Assembly (NCBI GenBank): GCA_029547705.1
Contig: JAKPOU010000020.1
Location: 26,351-90,350 of the forward strand
Direction: 5' to 3'
Origin: Bacteroidota bacterium
Lineage (GTDB): Bacteria > Bacteroidota > Bacteroidia > Bacteroidales > VadinHA17
DNA: 64,000 nucleotides
This document shows, one piece after another, positions 27,523 to 36,183 of the stretch (positions within the stretch are counted from its first letter, which is position 1; every line of letters begins with the position of its first letter). The notes beneath the pieces are model-generated. The model was not told the DNA's origin and did no database searches. It saw nothing but the letters and a program-made list of their open reading frames with translations. The translations under genes were made by a program, and so were the position numbers.

Positions 27523-28611
27523 TCATCTTGAAGCAGTCTGCTCAACATCGGCATTGAGCATAAGAACCACTTCGGAATTCTTCGGATCATTCGTATAGAC
27601 ATAGATGGCCTTGGTTACCCTGCCCTTGTAGCCTCCTGAATTGAAGGTCGCCTTTATGGAACTGGACTGACCGGGCCTGATGCCTTCTCCCTGGGTACCC
27701 TGCTGAATGGCAGTGCATCCGCAGGTTGACCTGACATGACGTATTATCAGATCCCTCTTGCCGGCATTCGAAAACCTGAATTCAACATCTTTGGAAGTGG
27801 AACCGGCCATTTTTCCCAGATCAACGGTCGTGGCCTCAAGCTTGAACACAGGTGCATTTTCCAGGTCGCTTTTGGAAAGTGAGGAGAAATCTTCAACCAG
27901 ATTGGCCGAAATGTAATAAAACACATTCTGCTGTGTCACGCCGTTGAGCTTCACCCTTACCATATCGCTGACATTGCCCCAGGCATTGTTTTTTGTGGCG
28001 TCATAGGCACCTTCTATAATACCTTTCTGGCCGGGCTTGAGTGTCTCCGGACTGGCCTTAAGAGTCAGATGCTCCGGAACATTTTCAAATTCAACCTTTA
28101 CAGATTCCTTCGAGGGATTGATAATCTGCATGACGCGTATTTTCTTTTCGGTCTTTTTCACATTGGTGAAAGCGAGATGATTGCTCTGAAACCTTACCGG
28201 ACCAACAGGAAAGATAAACAGTTCTTCCATGGTTTTTTCCCGCGGAATAACTTCTCCCTTCAGAGTAATAACAACAACCTGCGGTTTTGAGTTTGTATAG
28301 ACGGAAAGAGTTTTGTTGAATGCTCCGGGCCGGTTCTGCGGATCATAGATAGCGGTTATCTTCCCTTTTCCTCCCGGGGCAATCGGATGCTTGGTCCAGT
28401 CGGGAAGGGTACAGCCGCATGAGGCAATGATATTCTGTATCACCAGAGGGGAATTCCCGGTGTTGGTGACCTCAAAATCAAAGGTCTGACGACCATCTTC
28501 TTCCCTGAAAGAACCAAAATTGTGTTCAGTTTCGGAAAGCTTCATAACCGGTTGAGCCATCACCGAAACAGTAATAAAAAACGTTGTAATTATCAGACAG
28601 ACTTTTTTCAT
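27523..28611 (-). CDS. DUF1573 (Ig-like) domain protein, exported
   Basis: Two N.G..(P/D)L.I...(S/T)CGCT units; signal peptide. Confidence 0.88.
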   Translation of the reverse strand: MKKVCLIITTFFITVSVMAQPVMKLSETEHNFGSFREEDGRQTFDFEVTNTGNSPLVIQNIIASCGCTLPDWTKHPIAPGGKGKITAIYDPQNRPGAFNKTLSVYTNSKPQVVVITLKGEVIPREKTMEELFIFPVGPVRFQSNHLAFTNVKKTEKKIRVMQIINPSKESVKVEFENVPEHLTLKASPETLKPGQKGIIEGAYDATKNNAWGNVSDMVRVKLNGVTQQNVFYYISANLVEDFSSLSKSDLENAPVFKLEATTVDLGKMAGSTSKDVEFRFSNAGKRDLIIRHVRSTCGCTAIQQGTQGEGIRPGQSSSIKATFNSGGYKGRVTKAIYVYTNDPKNSEVVLMLNADVEQTASR

Positions 28612-28670
28612 ATTACGAAATTGTTAGACACTTATAATATTTAACATTCCAATACGGTTTTTAGTATATA

Positions 28671-28696
28671 AACAACCCCGGTAATTGTATGGTTGC
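28671..28696 (-). promoter_or_regulatory. Second candidate ECF-type promoter, upstream of the DUF1573 gene
   Basis: Minus strand GCAACC-N15-TTGTT; same -35 hexamer as at 14264-14269. Confidence 0.4.
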
Positions 28697-28796
28697 ACTG
28701 GTTGATACAAAAATCAGACCGGAATGATGTTTGACATTAAACATGACAAATTTAATAAACTTTACTATTTTAAGATATTTTAAACCGGAATATCAT

Positions 28797-28804
28797 TAGT
28801 TTTG
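28797..28804 (+). promoter_or_regulatory. -7 promoter box of the 28874 gene
   Basis: TAGTTTTG. Confidence 0.5.
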
Positions 28805-28873
28805 TTGCATAATAAGAGGGTTTTGGAACGGGATTTGAACGAAAAACCCTGATGTTTCACAAAGAAACAAGGA

Positions 28874-31800
28874 ATGAGAAACCGCCGCCTGCTGATAATA
28901 ATCATACTTGCATGCCTTGCTCCGCTGACTGTAACAGGACAGTTCTACAACGGACACCAGATGACATTCGGCAAGAACAGGGTGCAGTATTATGATTATT
29001 ACTGGTCCTTCTACCGTTTTGAGAATATTGACTGTTATTTCAACGAATACGGCCGCGATCTCGCCCAGTATACCGCCGATTATGCCATCAGGAAACTGGA
29101 TGAGATAGAGGACTTTTTTGACTATAACCTCGAAAAACGGCTCGTTTTCATTATCCATAAAAACAATAACGAGTACAGGGAATCCAATGTCGGCCTTGTC
29201 ACAGGTGATGCGGACACCTATAACACCGGCGGATTCAGCAGAATAATAAAAAACAAGGTGCTGCTCTACTACGAGGGGGATCACGTTGCCTACCAGAAAC
29301 AGATCGGGGCATCAATAACCGAAGTGATAGTGAATGAGATGCTTTATGACGCCGATGTGCGGGACCGCATCAGCAGCTCATCCGTGATCACCATACCGGA
29401 ATGGTTTATCAAGGGACTGGCAAACTATGTTTCATTCGGATGGGATGTTGAAACGGAAAACCGGGTAAAGGATGGCATCATGACAGGCTATTACAAGAAT
29501 ATAAACCATCTAGAATACGATGATGCCGTTTATGCCGGACAGTCATTCTGGCGTTTTATCGGTAAGGAATATGGCGATGCGCTGATACCCAATATTATAT
29601 ACCTGACAAAGGTATATAAGAATATCGAGGACGGCCTCCTGTATGTTATCGGCAAGAATGTAAAGGAACTGATGAAGGAATGGAAGGCATTCTACCGCAA
29701 TGAGTTCGCTGACGATGAGGCGAAGCCTGACTATGACGGAAATGTCATTGCCCGTTCAAAAAAGGAACAGCTCTTCCAGCAGGTAAAAATCAGTCCCGAT
29801 GGCAGGTATATTGCTTATGTGACCAACAACTGGGGAAGGAAAAGGATCAGGATCTATGATCAGACAACAGGCAAACAGAAGGTTATTTTCCGGAAAGAAC
29901 CCAAATATGAGCATATCACAGATAATACCTACCCCGTAATAGCATGGCATCCGAGCGGAAGGATCCTTACATACATTAACGAGGAAAATGCCGGAATGGT
30001 TATTTATTTCTACAGGACGGACGAGAAAAAGACTGAAAAGAGAAACCTTCTTTATTTTGACAAGATTCTGGATTTTTCCTATTCACCCGAAGGATCACGC
30101 CTGATTTTTTCCGGGGTGAAGGACGGCATAACCGACCTTTACCTGCATACAATCTCTTCAGGAACAAACGAACAGATCACCAGGGATATAGCAGATGACC
30201 TCAATCCTTCTTTCCTGGAAGGGGAGGAAGATGTGATCATCTTTTCATCAAACAGGCTCAGCGACACTATTACCAACCTTGCCGATCCCTGGGAAAAAGT
30301 CGGAAACACCTTCAATCTTTTCACCTACAACCTTTCCCGGAGGGATAATATTCTCACCAGGCTGACGGAAGGGCAATACATTGAGAGATTTTCCCCTTCG
30401 GGAAATATCAGAAAGAGATTTACCTACATCGGCGATGCCGATGGTATGATGAACCGTTACTCCGCCACCTTCGACAGTGCCATAAGCTATATCGACACCG
30501 CCACCCATTACAGGTATTTTATCAGATCCGAAGCCCTCAGCGCCTATGACCGCAATATCCTCACCCAGTCAGTGGACAGGGCAGAGGATAATTACGGGGA
30601 GGTGCTGTTCAACAAGGGAAAATACATGATCCGGAAAGGAAAACTGTCCGACTCCCCCCCCCTGTCGGATCGTGAAAGAAAATTCAGCAACTTCAGAAAG
30701 GAGAAATCTGCCCTGCTCCACAGGGCAGACAGTATTGAACAACTCAGGCAATGGCTTATTTCCGAAGACAAAAAAAGACGCGATACCCTTACAAAACCGC
30801 TGTATGAATATTACCTGACCAGTGAGCCCATAGATATTAACCACTATATCTTCGAAAAAGAAAAACAGAATTATTTCGAACAGCTCTGGAGAAAGGATTA
30901 CATGAATATTGATCTTGATACGGGGCGGCTTAAACTGCCTCTTATAAGAATCTACCAGACAGCCTTCTACAACAATTACATAGCAAATCAGATCGACTTC
31001 AGCTTCCTGAACAACACCTACCAGGTATACAGCGGGGGAGCTCCCTACTATAACCCCGGGATAAACCTGCTTACCAGATTCGGGGTAATCGACCTCTTCG
31101 AAAATTACCGTTTGACAGGAGGATTCCGGTTCTCAGGCAACTTCGACAGCAACGAGTACCTGGTAAGCGCTGAAAGCCTGAAGGGGAAACTCGACAAACA
31201 ATTCATATTCCACCGGCAGGGATTCTTCAGTTCAAATGATACCAGCTATTTCAAATCGCATACTCACAATATCTACCTGACCTTTTCAAAGCCCTTTACG
31301 CCCGTACTTTCGCTCAAGGGTACCGTTGCCTACAGAAATGACCGCCACGTCATGCTTTATTCCGACAACATGGTTGCCGTGCTCAACAATGATATCATTT
31401 CCCGCCACTGGGGAAACCTGAAGGGGGAACTGGTATATGACAACACACGGAAAAGAAATATAAATATTTATTACGGAACCCGCTTCAAGATCTTTGGCGA
31501 ATACTACAAGGAGCTGAATTACAAAATGTCAGATATGATTGTGATAGGTGTGGACTACCGTACCTATATCAGACTCCACAGGGAACTTATCTGGGCAAAC
31601 CGCTTTGCGGCAAGCACATCCTACGGACCAACCAGACTTGTTTACTACCTTGGAGGCGTGGATAACTGGATGGGAAATATTTTCAACAGGAAAGCAATGT
31701 TTGACCAGTCAATTCCTGTCAATCCCAATATGAACTATGGCTTCCAGGCCCTGGCTACAAATATGCGCGGTTTTATCCAGAATATCCGCAACGGCACGAG

Positions 31801-32155
31801 CTTTGCCCTGATAAACAGTGAGATAAGATGGCCCGTAATCAGGTACTTTGCAGGACACCCGCTTAAATCAAACTTTCTCAACTCCTTCCAGCTGGTCGGT
31901 TTCGGAGACATCGGATCCGCATGGGTGGGAAGAACACCCTGGGCGGGAGAAAATGCATGGGACAACGAAGTAATCCAGAGCGGTTCCGTGAAAGTGACAC
32001 TTGACTCAAACCGGGAGCCGATAGTGGCAGGATTCGGGGCAGGATTAAGAGCCCAGCTGCTGGGATATTTCGTAAGAGCCGACTGGGCATGGGGCATTGA
32101 AAACAACTACATTCTCCCAAGGGTCTTCTACCTGTCATTCAGTCTCGATTTCTGA
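28874..32155 (+). CDS. Large OM protein: degenerate metallopeptidase-like N-domain, TolB/PD40 propeller, Omp85-like barrel
   Basis: FGKNRVQY start, IPEWFIKGLANY, ISPDGRYIAY/YSPEG repeats, NMRGF loop motif, C-terminal YLSFSLDF. Confidence 0.75.
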   Translation: MRNRRLLIIIILACLAPLTVTGQFYNGHQMTFGKNRVQYYDYYWSFYRFENIDCYFNEYGRDLAQYTADYAIRKLDEIEDFFDYNLEKRLVFIIHKNNNEYRESNVGLVTGDADTYNTGGFSRIIKNKVLLYYEGDHVAYQKQIGASITEVIVNEMLYDADVRDRISSSSVITIPEWFIKGLANYVSFGWDVETENRVKDGIMTGYYKNINHLEYDDAVYAGQSFWRFIGKEYGDALIPNIIYLTKVYKNIEDGLLYVIGKNVKELMKEWKAFYRNEFADDEAKPDYDGNVIARSKKEQLFQQVKISPDGRYIAYVTNNWGRKRIRIYDQTTGKQKVIFRKEPKYEHITDNTYPVIAWHPSGRILTYINEENAGMVIYFYRTDEKKTEKRNLLYFDKILDFSYSPEGSRLIFSGVKDGITDLYLHTISSGTNEQITRDIADDLNPSFLEGEEDVIIFSSNRLSDTITNLADPWEKVGNTFNLFTYNLSRRDNILTRLTEGQYIERFSPSGNIRKRFTYIGDADGMMNRYSATFDSAISYIDTATHYRYFIRSEALSAYDRNILTQSVDRAEDNYGEVLFNKGKYMIRKGKLSDSPPLSDRERKFSNFRKEKSALLHRADSIEQLRQWLISEDKKRRDTLTKPLYEYYLTSEPIDINHYIFEKEKQNYFEQLWRKDYMNIDLDTGRLKLPLIRIYQTAFYNNYIANQIDFSFLNNTYQVYSGGAPYYNPGINLLTRFGVIDLFENYRLTGGFRFSGNFDSNEYLVSAESLKGKLDKQFIFHRQGFFSSNDTSYFKSHTHNIYLTFSKPFTPVLSLKGTVAYRNDRHVMLYSDNMVAVLNNDIISRHWGNLKGELVYDNTRKRNINIYYGTRFKIFGEYYKELNYKMSDMIVIGVDYRTYIRLHRELIWANRFAASTSYGPTRLVYYLGGVDNWMGNIFNRKAMFDQSIPVNPNMNYGFQALATNMRGFIQNIRNGTSFALINSEIRWPVIRYFAGHPLKSNFLNSFQLVGFGDIGSAWVGRTPWAGENAWDNEVIQSGSVKVTLDSNREPIVAGFGAGLRAQLLGYFVRADWAWGIENNYILPRVFYLSFSLDF

Positions 32156-32170
32156 CCTTATCCGGAAGAC

Positions 32171-32200
32171 ATGCCGCTGCTATGTGTCATGCGGCATTTT
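32171..32200 (+). terminator. Terminator-like hairpin
   Basis: ATGCCGC-N13-GCGGCAT followed by TTT. Confidence 0.45.
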
Positions 32201-32219
32201 AAAATAAAATTTTTTTGGA

Positions 32220-32227
32220 TACATTTG
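32220..32227 (+). promoter_or_regulatory. -7 promoter box of the ferredoxin gene
   Basis: TACATTTG about 30 nt before ATG 32259. Confidence 0.65.
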
Positions 32228-32258
32228 GAAACTCAAAAATTCTAATACTAAAATAAAA

Positions 32259-32429
32259 ATGGCTTACAAAATCAATGAAGATTGCACAGCGTGCGGAACA
32301 TGCCTGGACGAATGTCCGGTTGAGGCAATTTCTGAAGGCGACATCTACAAAATAGATCCGGACTTATGCACCGACTGCGGAGCATGCGCGGATGTCTGCC
32401 CGGTTGAGGCAATTCATCCTGAGAACTGA
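32259..32429 (+). CDS. 2x[4Fe-4S] ferredoxin, 56 aa (not in ORF track)
   Basis: Hand translation MAYKINEDCTACGTCLDECPVEAISEGDIYKIDPDLCTDCGACADVCPVEAIHPEN; two CxxCxxCxxxCP motifs. Confidence 0.97.
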   Translation: MAYKINEDCTACGTCLDECPVEAISEGDIYKIDPDLCTDCGACADVCPVEAIHPEN

Positions 32430-32452
32430 TGCTGTGTATTCAGATTAACTGC

Positions 32453-32484
32453 CGGGGCTGAAGCAATTCAGTCCCGTTTTGTTT
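32453..32484 (+). terminator. Intrinsic terminator after ferredoxin
   Basis: CGGGGCTGAA-GCAA-TTCAGTCCCG followed by TTTTGTTT. Confidence 0.8.
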
Positions 32485-33506
32485 CAGTCGGGATCATATC
32501 CCGCCATCGTCAGCAGGCCCTGTATATCCCTTGAATCCATAAGATCACCAAGACTGATGTCACGGTTCTTCTTCATGGCTGATTCAACTATTCTGAATCC
32601 TGTCCAGACCGCTGCCCTTCCCGGTGATTCGTTCGTGAAATAGCTGGTGAAAGGTGCCGTTCCGGTAAGCTTGCGGATAACAAACTGATCAGTGCTGAAA
32701 AGAAGATCGTGTTCTATAAGGTACTGCCACATCTGCCTTTCATTGTTTTCGCAGAACTTCATCTGGGAGGCAGTGAAACCAAACAGCAGTGTGTCACTTA
32801 TACCGGGAAGCATACATTTTTCAAAATATTTCAGCTTGCCTTCATGAAGCATGACACTCAGCAGGTTTTTTTCAGGATAGTCCATGCTCTCATAATCCCA
32901 TTCCGAAGCGCCCCAGCCGTACATGCAGTCAGGAACAAGGTTGAAGGGATTCATCCTGGCAGCCACATACTGATAAATTTCAAGACGCGGATAATAGGGA
33001 CTGTTCCTTCCAAGATACCTGTCAAGCCCTAAACCGATAACCGAATCGCCGGCAATGATACTGCTGTTGAAACCGGTAACACAGCTGATAACCGAAGGAA
33101 CCGCCTTATCGGGAAAATGATAGAGATAATGCCTGAATGCTTCTTCAAGTTCCTTCTCATAGGGAGCCATGTCAGGAAAAACCCGCATTACTTCCTCATA
33201 TACTTCATAATTCAGCCTGTCGGTGGCAAAGCTCAGAAGCGCGGAAGGAAAATCCGGATCATCTGTGCTTCCGGCATTGATAACATAGGCAAACAACTGC
33301 AGGAAACTGCCGTATTCCTCCCTTATCAGAGGCAATCCCTCATCAAACCCGGCAGGATCGGCCGAAAAGAGAGCCTGTTCAAACCTTTTTATCTTTACAT
33401 CAGCCTCTATGGATGAAGTGTTCACTTTATAATGATTTCTTCTGCAGGCGCTTCCGGCTGCCATTAAACATGAAAAAATTACCGTGAAGAATATAATGTT
33501 TCTCAT
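32484..33506 (-). CDS. GldB-like lipoprotein
   Basis: Lipobox-like GSAC; IKRFEQ, LGLDRYLG, FCENNE..MW, APFT...ESPGRAAVWTGFRIV. Confidence 0.8.
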   Translation of the reverse strand: MRNIIFFTVIFSCLMAAGSACRRNHYKVNTSSIEADVKIKRFEQALFSADPAGFDEGLPLIREEYGSFLQLFAYVINAGSTDDPDFPSALLSFATDRLNYEVYEEVMRVFPDMAPYEKELEEAFRHYLYHFPDKAVPSVISCVTGFNSSIIAGDSVIGLGLDRYLGRNSPYYPRLEIYQYVAARMNPFNLVPDCMYGWGASEWDYESMDYPEKNLLSVMLHEGKLKYFEKCMLPGISDTLLFGFTASQMKFCENNERQMWQYLIEHDLLFSTDQFVIRKLTGTAPFTSYFTNESPGRAAVWTGFRIVESAMKKNRDISLGDLMDSRDIQGLLTMAGYDPD

Positions 33507-33614
33507 GCCGTTATAAATTTGAAAATACGAAAGTAATTACTTTTCATTGTGATGGCAAAAATCCGTGCAGCAATAAATCTGGCTCAGTATTTGATCATTT
33601 GATAATGAAAATGA

Positions 33615-34421
33615 ATGATCACCCGTGTGATGGAGAAAATAATCCGCATACAAAGGAATGAGATGAATCATACAGGTATAAAACCATCAGTCAAAGGATA
33701 TATTGTACTGATTGTTCTGTTATGCATATCATTCCGGATTTCCGCCCAGACTGATTACCGGAACACCGGTTTCAGCTCCCGGCGCGATAATTTCGCTCCC
33801 TCGTATGCATACTCGCTCGACATTCATTTCGATCCCGTAATAAGCTGGTTTTCCACAAACAGATATCTGATGCGCAATGAAGGCGCAATACCGGGGTCAA
33901 GCATAGGCATATCCCGGAGCAAAAATTACAGCCCGAACTACTCCTTCACATCCGGAGTCAGTATCACCGACGCAGGGGGAAAACTCATCTGCCTGGAAAA
34001 AAAATATTTCAGGCTCAGGAATCCCCGGCACGAAACAGTCGCAGTTGAAGCAGGCGAACGAATTATTTACAGGATTAAATATTTCTCCGTTCCGGTTGGC
34101 ATAAAACTAAGAACAGGCGAAACCGGCTACGGGAAAATATTTGCCGAAGCCGGACTGGACCCGAAAATCGTGCTTTCGGCCAAAGCCGACATCCCGTCTC
34201 TTAATATACGGGATAATAATGCATTTGCTGAAATCAGGGCCTTCAACCTTTCATACCACGTAATGGCCGGAACAGAATATCCTGTCATCGGAAACCTCTC
34301 TGCCGTCTTCGGACTCCGCTTTGAAAACAATTTCCTTGATTTCATACGGAACAATAAGAATAAACCGGGTGAAATGGTAAGTCATAAATTGCTATCTTTC
34401 CGGCTGGGGATTAACTTCTGA
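33615..34421 (+). CDS. Outer-membrane beta-barrel protein (PorT-like small barrel family)
   Basis: YFSVPVGIKLRT, MAGTEYP, C-terminal RLGINF; true start may be 33663. Confidence 0.7.
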   Translation: MITRVMEKIIRIQRNEMNHTGIKPSVKGYIVLIVLLCISFRISAQTDYRNTGFSSRRDNFAPSYAYSLDIHFDPVISWFSTNRYLMRNEGAIPGSSIGISRSKNYSPNYSFTSGVSITDAGGKLICLEKKYFRLRNPRHETVAVEAGERIIYRIKYFSVPVGIKLRTGETGYGKIFAEAGLDPKIVLSAKADIPSLNIRDNNAFAEIRAFNLSYHVMAGTEYPVIGNLSAVFGLRFENNFLDFIRNNKNKPGEMVSHKLLSFRLGINF

Positions 34422-34429
34422 GATTTCAT

Positions 34430-36082
34430 ATGAGATTTTCGGTCGCACAGCTGAACTACCATATCGGCAATTTTACTGCCAACAGGGAAAAAATCCGCAG
34501 GGCAATACAAAAGGCAAGGGAAGAAAAATCAGATCTTGTAATATTTTCGGAGCTTTCCCTGCCGGGATATCCTCCCCATGACCTGCTACAGCGTGATGAT
34601 TTCATAGAAGACTGCAGGAAAGCACTTGATGAGGTTGCGGATGAATGCAGGGGGATAACCGCAATTGCCGGCTGCCCTGTTGTCAGTGACAGCTCCGGCA
34701 GCAGGAAGCTTCTTAATTCCGCCCTTGTCCTGTCTGAGGGAAAAATCCTCTTTTCTGCGGCTAAAACAGTGTTTTCCGGACACGACATATTCGATGAGCA
34801 CAGATATTTCAGTCCCGGCAGAAACTTCCGGATCTTTCCGTTCAGGGGCTTCAGGATGGCGCTTACAGTCGGTGACGACATACGGAGTGAACAATTCCCC
34901 GGATCAGAATCAGGAGATACGGAAAACCATGCCTCTCCGGCTGTGTATGAACTGTCAGGGCAACATCCTGATTTCATTGTCAACATTTCGGCCTTCCCCT
35001 TTTCATATAAGAAAACCGGTGAAAGGATTTCCGCATTCAGGAATAAAGCTGCCAGGTACGGTGTTCCGCTTATAAACTGCAACCAGACAGGAGCAAACAC
35101 CGAGCTTATCTTCGACGGTGCATCCGTGACAATCAATGGCAAAGGGGATATCTGCGGCATGCTTCCTTTTTTTGAGGAGGAGGTCAGAACCTTCAGTTCT
35201 GAAGATTTATTCCGGGGAATACATCATAATGATCATATACTCCCCGGTCAGCATGAGCTTGTATATAAAGCCCTGGTATGCGGAATACGTGACTATTTCA
35301 GAAAATCAGGGTTTAGCAGGGCAATCCTGGGCCTCTCCGGGGGTCTTGATTCGGCGGTTGTGCTCTGCCTTGCAGCCGAAGCGCTCGGAAATGACAGGGT
35401 ACAGGCTCTCCTGATGCCCTCCCGCTATTCATCGGAGGATTCCGTTACCGATGCCCTCACACTGGCGGAACGCCTGAACATTCCATACAACATCATAAGC
35501 ATAGAAAAGCCTTTCAGGGCCTTTGAGGAAGATCTCGCCCCCCTGTTTGCCGGTAAACAGCCGGATGTCACGGAAGAGAATATTCAGGCAAGAATAAGGG
35601 CAATACTTCTGATGGCAGTGGCAAATAAATCCGGAGCCGTTTTACTGAATGCTTCCAACAAGAGTGAGGCAGCCGTGGGATACGGAACATTATACGGGGA
35701 CATGGCAGGAGGCCTGTCCGTCATCGGGGATGTCTACAAAACTGATGTTTACAGTCTTGCCCGCCACATAAACAGAAACGGGGAAATAATTCCGGAAAAT
35801 ATAATTGCCAGGCCACCCTCGGCAGAGCTGAGGGCTGATCAGCTCGACACCGATTCACTTCCGGAATACAGCATCCTGGATCCAATACTTTACCAGTATA
35901 TTGAAGAACAGAAAGCACCGGCCGCAATCACCGGCAGAGGCATAACACCCGGAATCGTATCAGATGTCATAGGAATGGTCAGGAACAGCGAGTATAAGAG
36001 ATTCCAGGCCCCGCCGGTTCTGAGAATTTCCTCCAGATCATTCGGACAGGGAAGAATAATGCCCCTGGCAGCAAAATACTGA
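34430..36082 (+). CDS. nadE: Two-domain NAD+ synthetase with degenerate glutaminase site
   Basis: FSELSLPGYPP nitrilase domain; LGLSGGLDSA, ENIQARIR, NKSEAAVGYGTLYGD, PPSAEL, EYKRFQAPP. Confidence 0.95.
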   Translation: MRFSVAQLNYHIGNFTANREKIRRAIQKAREEKSDLVIFSELSLPGYPPHDLLQRDDFIEDCRKALDEVADECRGITAIAGCPVVSDSSGSRKLLNSALVLSEGKILFSAAKTVFSGHDIFDEHRYFSPGRNFRIFPFRGFRMALTVGDDIRSEQFPGSESGDTENHASPAVYELSGQHPDFIVNISAFPFSYKKTGERISAFRNKAARYGVPLINCNQTGANTELIFDGASVTINGKGDICGMLPFFEEEVRTFSSEDLFRGIHHNDHILPGQHELVYKALVCGIRDYFRKSGFSRAILGLSGGLDSAVVLCLAAEALGNDRVQALLMPSRYSSEDSVTDALTLAERLNIPYNIISIEKPFRAFEEDLAPLFAGKQPDVTEENIQARIRAILLMAVANKSGAVLLNASNKSEAAVGYGTLYGDMAGGLSVIGDVYKTDVYSLARHINRNGEIIPENIIARPPSAELRADQLDTDSLPEYSILDPILYQYIEEQKAPAAITGRGITPGIVSDVIGMVRNSEYKRFQAPPVLRISSRSFGQGRIMPLAAKY

Positions 36083-36183
36083 GAACCCTTCTGCCGGCCC
36101 TTTCAGTTTCTGCCTCCATTTTGTCAGGAAAGGACTGCTGTTCCGCCCTCTCCGGACGGGTCATCATACAGATTCCCTCTTCC

